Shown here in pieces: positions 29,191 to 38,615 of a stretch of 64,000 nucleotides of DNA. The DNA comes from Bdellovibrionales bacterium (GTDB lineage: Bacteria; Bdellovibrionota; Bdellovibrionia; Bdellovibrionales; UBA1609), in assembly GCA_965199825.1 (NCBI GenBank), contig OZ241329.1, positions 2,304,001 to 2,368,000 of the forward strand, read 5' to 3'. The notes below the pieces were generated by a model. That model did not search any database, was not told the DNA's origin, and was given only the letters and a program-made list of their open reading frames with translations. Each line of letters begins with the position of its first letter. Within the stretch, counting starts at the first letter, position 1. The translations under genes were made by a program, and so were the position numbers.

Positions 29191-29886
29191 TTATATTTTC
29201 TTGTAATCGCTAAATGACAATCGATATCCCACACGCGGAACCGATTGGATAATGGACTCGAGTTTGCCCAACTTTTTGCGAATTGCATAGATATAGGTGT
29301 CCACGGCTCGATCGGTCACATGGGTGGTGGCCCCCCAAACTTCGCTCAAAATTTGGTTGCGGTGGAGGACGATGTTTTCGTGGCGTAAAAAATAATAGAG
29401 GAGCTTAAATTCCAATGTGGATAAGCCAAGATCGATATTATGCTCGTTTAAGAATATTTTTTGTTCGGCGAGAGCAACCCTAAAGGGGCCTTTGATAAAC
29501 TGATTTTGGAGTTCACTTTGTTTTTCAAGCCGGCGCACGCGCGCCTCGATTCGGGCTTGAAACTCTGAAAGATCAAAGGGCTTTACGATGTAGTCGTCAG
29601 CGCCAATGGTATAGGCCAAGACCTTATCTTCGGTTTGTGATTTTCCGGTGAGGAAAACAATCGGAACATTGTGATAATTGCTCGAAGCGCGAAGGGTGGC
29701 GCAAAATTTAAAACCATCTTCTCCCGGTAAATCTATGTCTAGAATAATAAGGTCGTAAAATGACCGGTTCAGCTCGAGTGCTCCCTCTTCGGCAGAGCCT
29801 ACGCAAACAACCGGAAACTTTTTTGATAATGCGCCTTTGACCATCGCTTGGACATCGAGCGCATCCTCAACCAACAAAATATTCAC
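29191..29886 (-). CDS. OmpR/PhoB-family response regulator
   Basis: ILLVED, DIDLP, GADDYIVKPF; winged helix (RAVDTYIYAIRKKL, VPRVGYR); GTG start overlaps the upstream TAG. Confidence 0.92.
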   Translation of the reverse strand: MNILLVEDALDVQAMVKGALSKKFPVVCVGSAEEGALELNRSFYDLIILDIDLPGEDGFKFCATLRASSNYHNVPIVFLTGKSQTEDKVLAYTIGADDYIVKPFDLSEFQARIEARVRRLEKQSELQNQFIKGPFRVALAEQKIFLNEHNIDLGLSTLEFKLLYYFLRHENIVLHRNQILSEVWGATTHVTDRAVDTYIYAIRKKLGKLESIIQSVPRVGYRLSFSDYKKI

Positions 29887-30551
29887 TATGCAGCCTTCCT
29901 CAGCCACTGATCAACGAGGCCCAATTCCTTTTTTGACAGGCCATCAAAAAGTGCGGTGATTGTAAAACCTTGAGCATCTGCAATACAAGTTTTTACGATC
30001 AGAAAAGGCGGAATGATTCCAATTTTACTAAAAATTTCGGATTGAATACGAATTTTAACATCGTGTTCAAGTTCTACTTGGCTGCGAATAAAAACTTCGG
30101 AATTTGAAACGCCGATGATGTCCATTGGACAAATCCACTCTGCTTTTTCTTGCATTGGAACACGCAAGGGCCGAGCTTGAGATTTTTCTGCGGTTAACAG
30201 ATTTTTTACTTTCAGATTAAATAGTTTAATATCCAAAGGCTTGATCAAATAATCATTTGCACCAGATTCATAGGCTTTGATCACATCGCGCTTTCTGCGC
30301 CGACCGGTCAAAAATAAAAACGGCAAATCGCGAGTGGAGGCATCCATCCTCAAGGTCTGAACAAACTGAAAGCCAGAAATTCCGGGCATCATCGCATCGC
30401 ATACGATCAGATCAAAGGGCTGTTCTTTGAGTTTCGCTCGAGCATCAAAAACATTGCTGACCGCGACCGGCACATGATTTTGTTTTTTCAAAATCGATTC
30501 CAGTAGCTTCAATACGGTTGGATCATCATCAACGAGCAAGATGTTAGACAT
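29886..30551 (-). CDS. Response regulator with C-terminal degenerate PilZ-like region
   Basis: ILLVDDD, DAMMPG, GANDYLIKP; C-terminal RPLRVP...GVS is only weakly PilZ-like. Confidence 0.8.
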   Translation of the reverse strand: MSNILLVDDDPTVLKLLESILKKQNHVPVAVSNVFDARAKLKEQPFDLIVCDAMMPGISGFQFVQTLRMDASTRDLPFLFLTGRRRKRDVIKAYESGANDYLIKPLDIKLFNLKVKNLLTAEKSQARPLRVPMQEKAEWICPMDIIGVSNSEVFIRSQVELEHDVKIRIQSEIFSKIGIIPPFLIVKTCIADAQGFTITALFDGLSKKELGLVDQWLRKAA

Positions 30552-30580
30552 GTCTTTATTTCGACAATTCTGGCGCAAGT

Positions 30581-30949
30581 CTAAAGGCGAGAACGTATTC
30601 TTTTTAGCTCGTCACAGACTTTTTGGTACTCGATTAAGACTGTTTCAAAAAGAGAAGCATCAGATCCGTGTTGATCTTCGACAGTTTGTAAAACATTGGT
30701 TAAATTTTCGGCTCCAAGATTCGCGCTGCTCGACTTAAGTCCGTGTGCGAGCTTACGTGCTTTTTCGCTTTCTTTAGAGGCTACAGCTTTTTTAAGTTGA
30801 TCAATTTCTTTTGGGGTGATCTCCAAATAGATATCGATGAGTTGAGCCACTAGACTTTCGTCACCATCATCGAACTCATCAAAGGACTGGAGGCGCTCGA
30901 TGTTGAGCGAAGAGAACTCTTCTAACTTTATTTTTTGATGCCATCGCAT
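30581..30949 (-). CDS. Hpt domain protein
   Basis: AHGLKSSSANLGA motif. Confidence 0.88.
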   Translation of the reverse strand: MRWHQKIKLEEFSSLNIERLQSFDEFDDGDESLVAQLIDIYLEITPKEIDQLKKAVASKESEKARKLAHGLKSSSANLGAENLTNVLQTVEDQHGSDASLFETVLIEYQKVCDELKRIRSRL

Positions 30950-30954
30950 AATTA

Positions 30955-30984
30955 ATTATAGTGGCGAAATTTATAAAAACTCAA
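30955..30984 (-). promoter_or_regulatory. Sigma-70 promoter, probably giving a leaderless transcript
   Basis: TTGAGT-N18-TATAAT-N5-ATG on the minus strand. Confidence 0.55.
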
Positions 30985-31019
30985 GCCTGTTCGAAATGAG
31001 TAAACTTGTTTGATTTAAT

Positions 31020-31095
31020 TGGTGGAGATAACAGGGATCGAACCTGCGACCTTCTGAATGCCATCCAGACGCTCTCCCAACTGAGCTATATCCCC
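31020..31095 (-). tRNA. tRNA-Ala (GGC)
   Basis: GGGGATATAGCTCAGTTGGGAGAGC..TCTGG-ATGGCAT-TCAGA..GGTTCGATCC..TCTCCACCA; 76 nt with encoded CCA. Confidence 0.97.
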
Positions 31096-31210
31096 ATTAC
31101 GGTGTATCCCATTTTATCCGAACCGATTTTTATGCTTGCATGCAGGTGGCAAAGCAAGCAAAAAAATAGTCTACAGCAATTCTATAAAATAAAAATGTTT
31201 GGGGAAATGA

Positions 31211-31705
31211 ATGAAATTTGGATGGATGATTTTTTTGATTGCAAGCGTTGCGCACGGCCGCGAATTGAGTAGCCGACTGGGTTTGGGCTTCTCGGATCAG
31301 TTCGGACTTTCAAGCAGCATGCCCGGAGTGGCGGTCCGTTACTATCCCACAAGTGATTTTGGAATTATGGGGATTTTAGGTGTTGATACGCAAAAAGACG
31401 CATCACAGTTTGGTTTTTTGGCCAAAGCCTTCAAAGTTGTTTTTAAAGAACAAAATTTAAATTTTTATGTGGGCGCCGGTGCAGGAATTGTGAGCCAGCA
31501 AAATAAAATGAGCAATGGCACAACCAGCAATGATTCTGGGTTTATCGCAGATGGTTTTGTCGGCACCGAATTTTTTTTGGCGGGGTTAGAAAACTTAGGG
31601 TTTTCGGTTGAGACCGGAGTGGGGATCACATCAATTTCGAGTCAGGTGCGATTTCGCACACTGGGTGATTCGCCTTTACGCGCCGGAATTGTTTTTTACT
31701 TTTAA
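31211..31705 (+). CDS. Small outer-membrane beta-barrel protein
   Basis: Signal peptide AHG; amphipathic strands; C-terminal AGIVFYF. Confidence 0.75.
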   Translation: MKFGWMIFLIASVAHGRELSSRLGLGFSDQFGLSSSMPGVAVRYYPTSDFGIMGILGVDTQKDASQFGFLAKAFKVVFKEQNLNFYVGAGAGIVSQQNKMSNGTTSNDSGFIADGFVGTEFFLAGLENLGFSVETGVGITSISSQVRFRTLGDSPLRAGIVFYF

Positions 31706-31716
31706 CTGGAGCAGCA

Positions 31717-32100
31717 ATGACTAAAATCATAAAAACAGCAAAAGCTCCTGAGCCGGTAGGACCTTATTCACAAGCGGTTTTAGCGCACTCGATGTTATTT
31801 TGCTCAGGCCAGATTAGCATTGATCCCGAAAACAATCAGGTGGAGCTTGGCAGCATCAAAGAACAAACCACACGGGTGATGAAAAACATAAAGGCCTTGC
31901 TCAACGAAGCAAATTTAGATTTCGAAAATGTGGTGAAGACCACAATATTTTTGACATCGATGAGTGATTTTTCTCAAGTGAACGAAGTTTATGCATCGTA
32001 TTTTACCAAAAATTTTCCAGCGCGCTCAACAGTTGCGGTCAGTGGACTTCCAAAAGGTGTGAATGTGGAAATTGAGGTCATTGCATTTCAAACCGCTTGA
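31717..32100 (+). CDS. ridA: RidA family reactive intermediate/imine deaminase
   Basis: APEPVGPYSQAV, SGQI, PARSTVAV, LPKGVNVEIE. Confidence 0.93.
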   Translation: MTKIIKTAKAPEPVGPYSQAVLAHSMLFCSGQISIDPENNQVELGSIKEQTTRVMKNIKALLNEANLDFENVVKTTIFLTSMSDFSQVNEVYASYFTKNFPARSTVAVSGLPKGVNVEIEVIAFQTA

Positions 32101-32648
32101 TTGCAGCCCTAATTGTTTTTGTGGCATTCCTCATCACCGGAACGGTGATGTCGCTAAAAACTATTCGTGTCTTAAGAAATCAAAAACCCACCAGTTGGAC
32201 AGCCGACCATAAAGCCGATTGCGGAGTGGTGTTGACCGGTGGTCGCGGTCGCATCCGCGAAGGGCTAGATCTTTTGTATCAGGGTCAGATTCGAAAGCTG
32301 ATTATTTCGGGAGTGCATCCGGGTGCAACTCTCTTAAGTGTATTTTCGGTGTGGCCCTATTATGCGAGCTTGCGTGAAGACGACGTCGTGTTAGAAAAGC
32401 GCTCGCAAACCACTTATGGAAACGCCCAACAGAGTCTGGTTCTTATCGAGGCTTTAAAATGTAAGGATTTGGTTTTAGTGACGTCGGCTCTTCATATGCC
32501 AAGGGCGTTTCGTACATTTCGAAAAATATATCCGCAAGAGATCGCGATTTCCCAAAGATCCATCGTGAGTGGTCGCTTACAACCCACTTTTTTTGAAGCA
32601 AGTATTGAGACCTTAAAACTTTATTTTTATTCTCTGTGGGTGTTTTGA
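32097..32648 (+). CDS. YdcF/DUF218 family protein
   Basis: VVLTGG..RI, LIISG, SQTTYGNA, LVTSALHMPRA. Confidence 0.88.
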   Translation: MIAALIVFVAFLITGTVMSLKTIRVLRNQKPTSWTADHKADCGVVLTGGRGRIREGLDLLYQGQIRKLIISGVHPGATLLSVFSVWPYYASLREDDVVLEKRSQTTYGNAQQSLVLIEALKCKDLVLVTSALHMPRAFRTFRKIYPQEIAISQRSIVSGRLQPTFFEASIETLKLYFYSLWVF

Positions 32649-33931
32649 TGTTGGCTTTTTATTTTTGGCGCCGCTATTTATTTTCAGGTCGTGCGGGCAG
32701 CTTGATTCGGTTAATCTCTTGGATCTCACTGCTTGGAGTGACCGTCGGAGTGATGAGTTTAATTGTTGTGGTCTCGGTAATGTCGGGATTTCATGCGGTG
32801 ATTCGCGGAAGACTGCTAGGACTTGAGCCTCACCTTACAATCACGCTTCCACCAAAATCGAGCGCAGCAACGTTAGATGACTTTTCCAATAAAATAAAAG
32901 CCGAAAAGATCAGCGAGTTTGTGGTTGTGGATTCTCAAGACTTAATTGTTCGCACCTTGGACGGCACATTTTCGGGCGGGGTTGCAAGGGGGTATCTCAC
33001 CGAAGAGCTTGATGCCTTTTTAAAACGGACAGATCAGCTCAACCGCGAAAATGCGGCTCGTGAAGAAAACGCCAAAAGCCGAATTCGAAAACAAGAAGAC
33101 ATTATTCCATCCTTTATTCCGCAAGCGGTGAAATTAAAAGAGCGCGAAGTGGTGTTAGGCTCGGACCTTGCGCGCTCTCTTGGGGTGCTCGAGGGTGATC
33201 AGGTGTTACTTATCCCTCCTGAGGGACTGTTGATCGCAAAGGGTGAAGTTCCACTTTACGAACGAGTGACGGTAGTGTCGCGCATATCCACCCGTGTGAC
33301 CGATCTTGATTCTAAACTTGTTTTATTTGATAACTCAAAAACTTTGACCCGAATGAAGCTCTCCCCCTCGCGCGAAAAGTTGATTGAGGTCCGGCTTGAC
33401 GATCCCAATCAATCCGAAAATCTCAAGCTTAAACTCACAAAGTTAATGCCCAATGCGGCAATACAAACTTGGCAAGACCGCAACCAGGCGCTGTTTTTTG
33501 CTCTTAAGATGGAAAAATTGGTGATGACCATTTTTTTAAGTCTAAGTGGCCTGATCACTTCCTTTTCTATTGTCTCGGTGCTCTCACTCTTGGTCTCGCA
33601 AAAACGCAAAGAAATTGGTTTGATGCTTGCAATGGGTTTATCGCCGCGGCGAATTCAGCGCATTTATGTGGGTATCGGTTTTTTTCTTTCGTTCAATGGG
33701 ATTGCGCTTGGCTTGCTGCTGGGATTACTTCTGTGTGAACTGATTGATCGCTATCCCATCCCACTGTTGCCCGATATTTATTACGACTCAACTATTCCGG
33801 TTTTGGTGACCAAGGATTTGGTCTTTTTGGTAAGCGGCCTCTCTTTTGTTGTCGCTTTGATGAGTGCCTTTTTGCCAGCTCGAGGTTTGTCAAAATTAAC
33901 CGCGAGTGAAACTTTTCGAATCCCGAGATAA
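32648..33931 (+). CDS. Lipoprotein-releasing ABC transporter permease (LolC/LolE family)
   Basis: ISLLGVTVGV..VVSVMSGF, W..RNQALFFALKMEK, KRKEIG, DIYY. Confidence 0.88.
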   Translation: MLAFYFWRRYLFSGRAGSLIRLISWISLLGVTVGVMSLIVVVSVMSGFHAVIRGRLLGLEPHLTITLPPKSSAATLDDFSNKIKAEKISEFVVVDSQDLIVRTLDGTFSGGVARGYLTEELDAFLKRTDQLNRENAAREENAKSRIRKQEDIIPSFIPQAVKLKEREVVLGSDLARSLGVLEGDQVLLIPPEGLLIAKGEVPLYERVTVVSRISTRVTDLDSKLVLFDNSKTLTRMKLSPSREKLIEVRLDDPNQSENLKLKLTKLMPNAAIQTWQDRNQALFFALKMEKLVMTIFLSLSGLITSFSIVSVLSLLVSQKRKEIGLMLAMGLSPRRIQRIYVGIGFFLSFNGIALGLLLGLLLCELIDRYPIPLLPDIYYDSTIPVLVTKDLVFLVSGLSFVVALMSAFLPARGLSKLTASETFRIPR

Positions 33932-33981
33932 ACAAATAAATCTTTCTTTTTAAACACTTCGGTCTTATCAATCGTCTTTAT

Positions 33982-34719
33982 ATGATCAAAATCATCGCTG
34001 CGGCGTGTTCGGCTTTATTTCCACTAAAAATTCATTTTCTTGAATCCTGGCGCTCCCTTCATGTTGAGACTCAAGCCAAATCCATCAGTTACAAAATTTC
34101 TGACGGCATTATTTTGGCTCCAAGAGGAGTGGATACAAACAAATTTAATTTGCTTCAGAGTCAGTTGTTGAGGCATAACAAGTGTTTGGCCAATCAATCG
34201 CCTGAATTTCGCCAATTTGTTTTAGAAAGTATAGAAAGTATTGAGGGCGTTCGGGGTGCAATGTGTTGGGTCGACGGTGAGTCCTCAAGAATCAATATCG
34301 AGACCTCGAGTCGACCGCTGATTTCACCCCTTCAGATGGGCAATATGCCGTTTGTGTTTCGCTGGAATGATCTTCATCAGCAAAAACAAAAAATGACCGC
34401 AGCAATCGAAGCGATGTTGTTTCAGAATTCGCATACGATCAATAAGACTCATTTTATCCAAGCCCACTTTGACCAACTTGTTTTGGAATATCCAAGAGTG
34501 GGAACACTGATCGAAGACTTTATTCAGCTGAGCCAGCATCTTGAAGCCCACTCCTACAATCATTTGCAACTGAGAGTCTTACTTGAACAAACCGATCTCA
34601 GTTGGGGTCAAATTCTGCTCGATCCCCATGCAAATAAACTCGAACTGATGAGAGCACTCTTAAGTTCGCTCAATCAAATTTCTATGCGCCTCAGCGCCTT
34701 AGGCGCTTTAACAAATTAA
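33982..34719 (+). CDS. Hypothetical protein
   Basis: 245-aa ORF filling the gap; no recognised motif. Confidence 0.55.
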   Translation: MIKIIAAACSALFPLKIHFLESWRSLHVETQAKSISYKISDGIILAPRGVDTNKFNLLQSQLLRHNKCLANQSPEFRQFVLESIESIEGVRGAMCWVDGESSRINIETSSRPLISPLQMGNMPFVFRWNDLHQQKQKMTAAIEAMLFQNSHTINKTHFIQAHFDQLVLEYPRVGTLIEDFIQLSQHLEAHSYNHLQLRVLLEQTDLSWGQILLDPHANKLELMRALLSSLNQISMRLSALGALTN

Positions 34720-35519
34720 ACCGAAACTTCAAAGTCTCTCAAAGCATTATTGAGGGAGGTTTTCATATCGGTTTGCTTTGAGCGCTCACCAATGATTAAA
34801 GCGCAGGGAACACCGTAATCACCGGCTTTAAACTTTTTGATCGTGGTGCCCGGGATCACGACCGCGCGTGAAGGAATTCGTCCTTTTGAGATCACCGGCG
34901 TCTCGCCACGAACATCAATAATTTTTGTGCTCGCAGTCAGAGTCACACCGGCACCCAACACCGATTCGTTTTCGACAATCACGCCTTCGACAACAATCGA
35001 TCTTGATCCTATAAACACATCATCGCCGATGATAACCGGACTGGCTTGAAGAGGTTCAAGCACGCCGCCAATTCCCACACCTCCAGAGAGATGCACACGT
35101 TGACCAATTTGGGCGCAAGATCCAACAGTGGCCCAAGTGTCCACCATTGTGCCAGCCCCAACATAAGCTCCGATATTGATGTAGGAGGGCATAAGGATTG
35201 CCCCTTTTTCGATGAATGATCCTTTGCGAGCGAGGGCTTGAGGTACAACTCGCACCCCTTCAGTGCCTCGCCATTTTTTAAGTGGAATTTTATCAAAGTA
35301 GGTGAAGTCGCCGCTTTCGATCACTTTCATTTCAGAAATACGAAAATAAAGGAGGATCGCTTTTTTTACCGCTTCGTTCACCTTTAGAGTCTTAGGTTCA
35401 ATCACCCGTAAGTCGCCGCAATCAAGCTCTTCGATCGCGGCCAAGATTTCTTTATGAGCCTCTGATGTTTTTAAAAATTCCGAATCGATAAAAGCCTTTT
35501 CGATAATTTGAGAATTCAT
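34716..35519 (-). CDS. dapD: Tetrahydrodipicolinate N-succinyltransferase
   Basis: KKAILLYFR, DKIPLK, MVDTWATVGSCAQIG, GGVLEPLQASPVII. Confidence 0.95.
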   Translation of the reverse strand: MNSQIIEKAFIDSEFLKTSEAHKEILAAIEELDCGDLRVIEPKTLKVNEAVKKAILLYFRISEMKVIESGDFTYFDKIPLKKWRGTEGVRVVPQALARKGSFIEKGAILMPSYINIGAYVGAGTMVDTWATVGSCAQIGQRVHLSGGVGIGGVLEPLQASPVIIGDDVFIGSRSIVVEGVIVENESVLGAGVTLTASTKIIDVRGETPVISKGRIPSRAVVIPGTTIKKFKAGDYGVPCALIIGERSKQTDMKTSLNNALRDFEVSV

Positions 35520-35522
35520 AAT

Positions 35523-36176
35523 TTACCTTTCAAGAGATTTAAGAATCTCGATGACTGCTGGAGTATGGAGTTTTAAAATTTGATCAATCGCGAGGCCTCG
35601 TTCAATTTCATAAGTCAGCGTGGGCATCGCACGTTCAAGACCTGCATAAGTGCCAAGACATCCTGGTGTAGGGTATCCAATCGAATCGACAATAGGATAA
35701 CCGGTTAAACGATGAGCAATGTCAGCTTGAACTAAACAATCCCCATTTGTATTGAGGCAAGGTTTATAAGAATGCAAATTCAAAATAAACTTTTGCGGTG
35801 ACCGATCTAAAAACCGTACCAATGATTGATTTTCGATTTCAGAATTTTTAAATGGACCCGGAGGATACCGGGGGTTTTTAATTTCGGCCGACCAATCCTT
35901 GGTGGCAAGGTTGCGATTGAGATCAACTCCATTCGCATTGGTGCGGGTTTTGTTCAAAACCCCATCGAGATTAAATTCTGGGATGATGATTAAATGAAGT
36001 CGAAAACCAAAGTTGGAATCAAAAACTTGAAGAAGATGTTTAGCTAGAGCCACACCCTCGATTTCGTCACCATGAGTTCCGCCAAGAATCAAGACCGCAG
36101 GGCTGGTTTTTTGGCCAAATTCAAAACTCAAGATGGGAAGGCCTAAAGTTGTTTTACCGAATATAGAACTTTGCAT
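35523..36176 (-). CDS. mpaA: Murein peptide amidase A-like M14 zinc carboxypeptidase
   Basis: HGDE, RTNANGVDLNRN, LHS, IGYPTPG..G..E; start set at MQSS. Confidence 0.8.
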   Translation of the reverse strand: MQSSIFGKTTLGLPILSFEFGQKTSPAVLILGGTHGDEIEGVALAKHLLQVFDSNFGFRLHLIIIPEFNLDGVLNKTRTNANGVDLNRNLATKDWSAEIKNPRYPPGPFKNSEIENQSLVRFLDRSPQKFILNLHSYKPCLNTNGDCLVQADIAHRLTGYPIVDSIGYPTPGCLGTYAGLERAMPTLTYEIERGLAIDQILKLHTPAVIEILKSLER

Positions 36177-36206
36177 GAAATCATCTGCCTGATAAGGTTT
36201 GGTCGC

Positions 36207-37430
36207 ATGAAAACTCAAGCTCAGTTGATGGTCAAGAAGTTCGGTGGAACTTCTGTTGGATCCATCGAACGTATTCAAAATGTTGTCGATCGTGTGATAA
36301 AAGATTCTGAAAGCTCAGGGCTTCACCCCGTGGTGGTGGCCTCGGCCATGGCTGGCGAAACCAATCGGTTGGTGCAGTTTGCTCGCGATCTCGATCCTTA
36401 TTACCGAGGTCCCGCTTACGATATGTTGCTTGCCTCAGGGGAGCAGGTGGCGATTTCACTTTTAAGTATCGCCTTTGAAAAGCGTGGCAAAAAAGCGATG
36501 CCACTGTTAGCGCATCAGTTAGGGATTTATACCGACTCGATCCATTCCAAAGCCCGGATCACAAATATCGACACCCAAAAATTGTTAAAGGTCATTAACG
36601 AGGACACGATTCCGGTGATCGCCGGTTTTCAAGGCGTGAACGAAGAAAAGTTGATCACGACCTTGGGCCGCGGGGGATCCGACACCACCGCCGTCGCAAT
36701 TGCCGCCGCATTAAAAGCCCAAGCTTGCGAGATTTATACCGACGTGCCCGCGGTCTTTTCGGCCGATCCACGACTCGTGCCGAAAGCGCGCGAGTTAAAT
36801 AAAATTAGTTTTGAAGAGATGATGGAGATGGCATCCTTAGGATCAAAGGTGCTGCACTTAAGATCGGTAGAACTTGCGGTAAAGTACAAAGTCAAAATTC
36901 ATTTGCGTTCAACATTCGAAGACCGAGAAGGAACGTGGATCGTTCCAGAGGAAGAAGCCATGGAAAATGCAGTCGTTTCTGCTGTGACTCACGAAGCCAA
37001 CACCACCGTTTTTAAAATGCATCCAGTGCCCTATGGATCCGCGTTTTTGAGCGATCTTTTTTCGGTCTTGGCCGAAAAAAATATTATTGTCGATATCATC
37101 ACTCAATCTCAAAGTGATCAGGGTCAGCGCCTTGCATTTTCGGTGGGCGAAGAGGATGTGCATCAAACCGAAAAGCTGCTCAAATCATTTTTGCCCGCAG
37201 ATGTGAAAGTCGAAATGATTTCAGACATGTCAAAAGTTTCGGTCGTGGGAGTGGGAATGAAAAATCATCCTGGAGTGGCTGCTGACTTTTTCAAAGTTCT
37301 TAAAAAATTAGACGTGCCGGTTCATCTTGTTACAACTTCTGAAATCAAGATCAGTGCGGTGATCGAAAAAAAATATCTGAGCGACGTCGCCCAAGGCCTT
37401 CATTCTGGTTTTCATCTGGATCGCACCTAA
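36207..37430 (+). CDS. lysC: Aspartate kinase
   Basis: KFGGTSV, TLGRGGSDTTA, YTDV, ACT domains, TSEIKIS. Confidence 0.95.
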   Translation: MKTQAQLMVKKFGGTSVGSIERIQNVVDRVIKDSESSGLHPVVVASAMAGETNRLVQFARDLDPYYRGPAYDMLLASGEQVAISLLSIAFEKRGKKAMPLLAHQLGIYTDSIHSKARITNIDTQKLLKVINEDTIPVIAGFQGVNEEKLITTLGRGGSDTTAVAIAAALKAQACEIYTDVPAVFSADPRLVPKARELNKISFEEMMEMASLGSKVLHLRSVELAVKYKVKIHLRSTFEDREGTWIVPEEEAMENAVVSAVTHEANTTVFKMHPVPYGSAFLSDLFSVLAEKNIIVDIITQSQSDQGQRLAFSVGEEDVHQTEKLLKSFLPADVKVEMISDMSKVSVVGVGMKNHPGVAADFFKVLKKLDVPVHLVTTSEIKISAVIEKKYLSDVAQGLHSGFHLDRT

Positions 37431-38615
37431 GTGGCGTATCTAAAAAAAGATGATCAATGGGTCTGTGCAGGACGTGATGGCAAAACCACACCACTCATCG
37501 ACGTGGTTCAAAATAAAAAAACTCCATTTTATCTTTATGACCTCGACGATATTTCTTATCGGGTGGGATTATTTAAAAGTTCTCTCCAACTCCATTATGC
37601 AATGAAGGCCAATTGCCATCCAAAAGTATTAGACCGCATTCAGTCTTTGGGATTGGGTGTGGATGTGGTGAGCGGAGGCGAGCTTGAACTTGCTTTGAAA
37701 CATAATTTTTCTCCTGCCTATATTGTTTTTTCTGGTGTTGGCAAAACGGTCGAAGAGATCGAATTCGCACTCAAGACTCAAATTTTACAAATCAATGTGG
37801 AGAGTTTGGCTGAGCTCAAGCGCATTGCCCAAATCGCACAACGGATCAATGTGAAGGCGCAGATTGCACTCAGATTGAATCCTGATGTGGAGGCAAAAAC
37901 TCACCCGTATATTCAAACTGGATTTCGTGAAAATAAATTTGGAATTGATGAATCGAGTATGACCGAGGTGATCGAATTTATTCGTCACCACAAAAAAAAT
38001 CTAAAATTGATGGGACTGACTCTTCATATCGGATCTCAGATTCTTGATTTAAGCTCATTTCGAGATGCATTTTTAAAAACCAAAAAAATATTTTTGGATC
38101 TTCGATCTGAATTTGATCTCAGCACCTTTGATATTGGTGGAGGTCTTGGAATCCTCTATGGAAAAGAAGGGCAAAGCGATGAAAAAGGAATTTCTGATTA
38201 TCTTGAAATTGTGAATGCCTGTCTCAGTGACTTAAAAGGTGTACGAATCTTATCCGAGCCCGGTCGAATCTTGGTGGCACGTTGTGGACTGTTGGTGTGT
38301 CAGGTGGAATACATCAAGCAGACTCCATATAAGCAATTTGCCATCGTCAATACGGGCATGCACCATCTGCTGAGGCCAGCACTTTATCAGGCCGAGCATC
38401 GTATCGAAAAATTAATTTCTAAAAATCTTCCCCCACAAACTTATGATGTAGTGGGACCCATTTGTGAGTCTGCAGACAGTATCGCCAAAGCTTTAAAGAT
38501 CGAAACTCTGTCAGAAAATGATTTTGTTTTGATCTTTGATGCTGGAGCCTATGGAGAGGTGATGGCCTCAAATTACAACCTGAAAGGCCCAGTGCAAAGC
38601 ATGGTGATTGAATGA
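37431..38615 (+). CDS. lysA: Diaminopimelate decarboxylase
   Basis: YAMKAN, DVVSGGE, HIGSQ, EPGR, GPICES, GAYG..MASNYN. Confidence 0.95.
   Translation: MAYLKKDDQWVCAGRDGKTTPLIDVVQNKKTPFYLYDLDDISYRVGLFKSSLQLHYAMKANCHPKVLDRIQSLGLGVDVVSGGELELALKHNFSPAYIVFSGVGKTVEEIEFALKTQILQINVESLAELKRIAQIAQRINVKAQIALRLNPDVEAKTHPYIQTGFRENKFGIDESSMTEVIEFIRHHKKNLKLMGLTLHIGSQILDLSSFRDAFLKTKKIFLDLRSEFDLSTFDIGGGLGILYGKEGQSDEKGISDYLEIVNACLSDLKGVRILSEPGRILVARCGLLVCQVEYIKQTPYKQFAIVNTGMHHLLRPALYQAEHRIEKLISKNLPPQTYDVVGPICESADSIAKALKIETLSENDFVLIFDAGAYGEVMASNYNLKGPVQSMVIE

Noticed and set aside
31006..31272. 88-aa ORF on the + strand
   Set aside because: Antisense shadow of tRNA-Ala; also overlaps the next real gene
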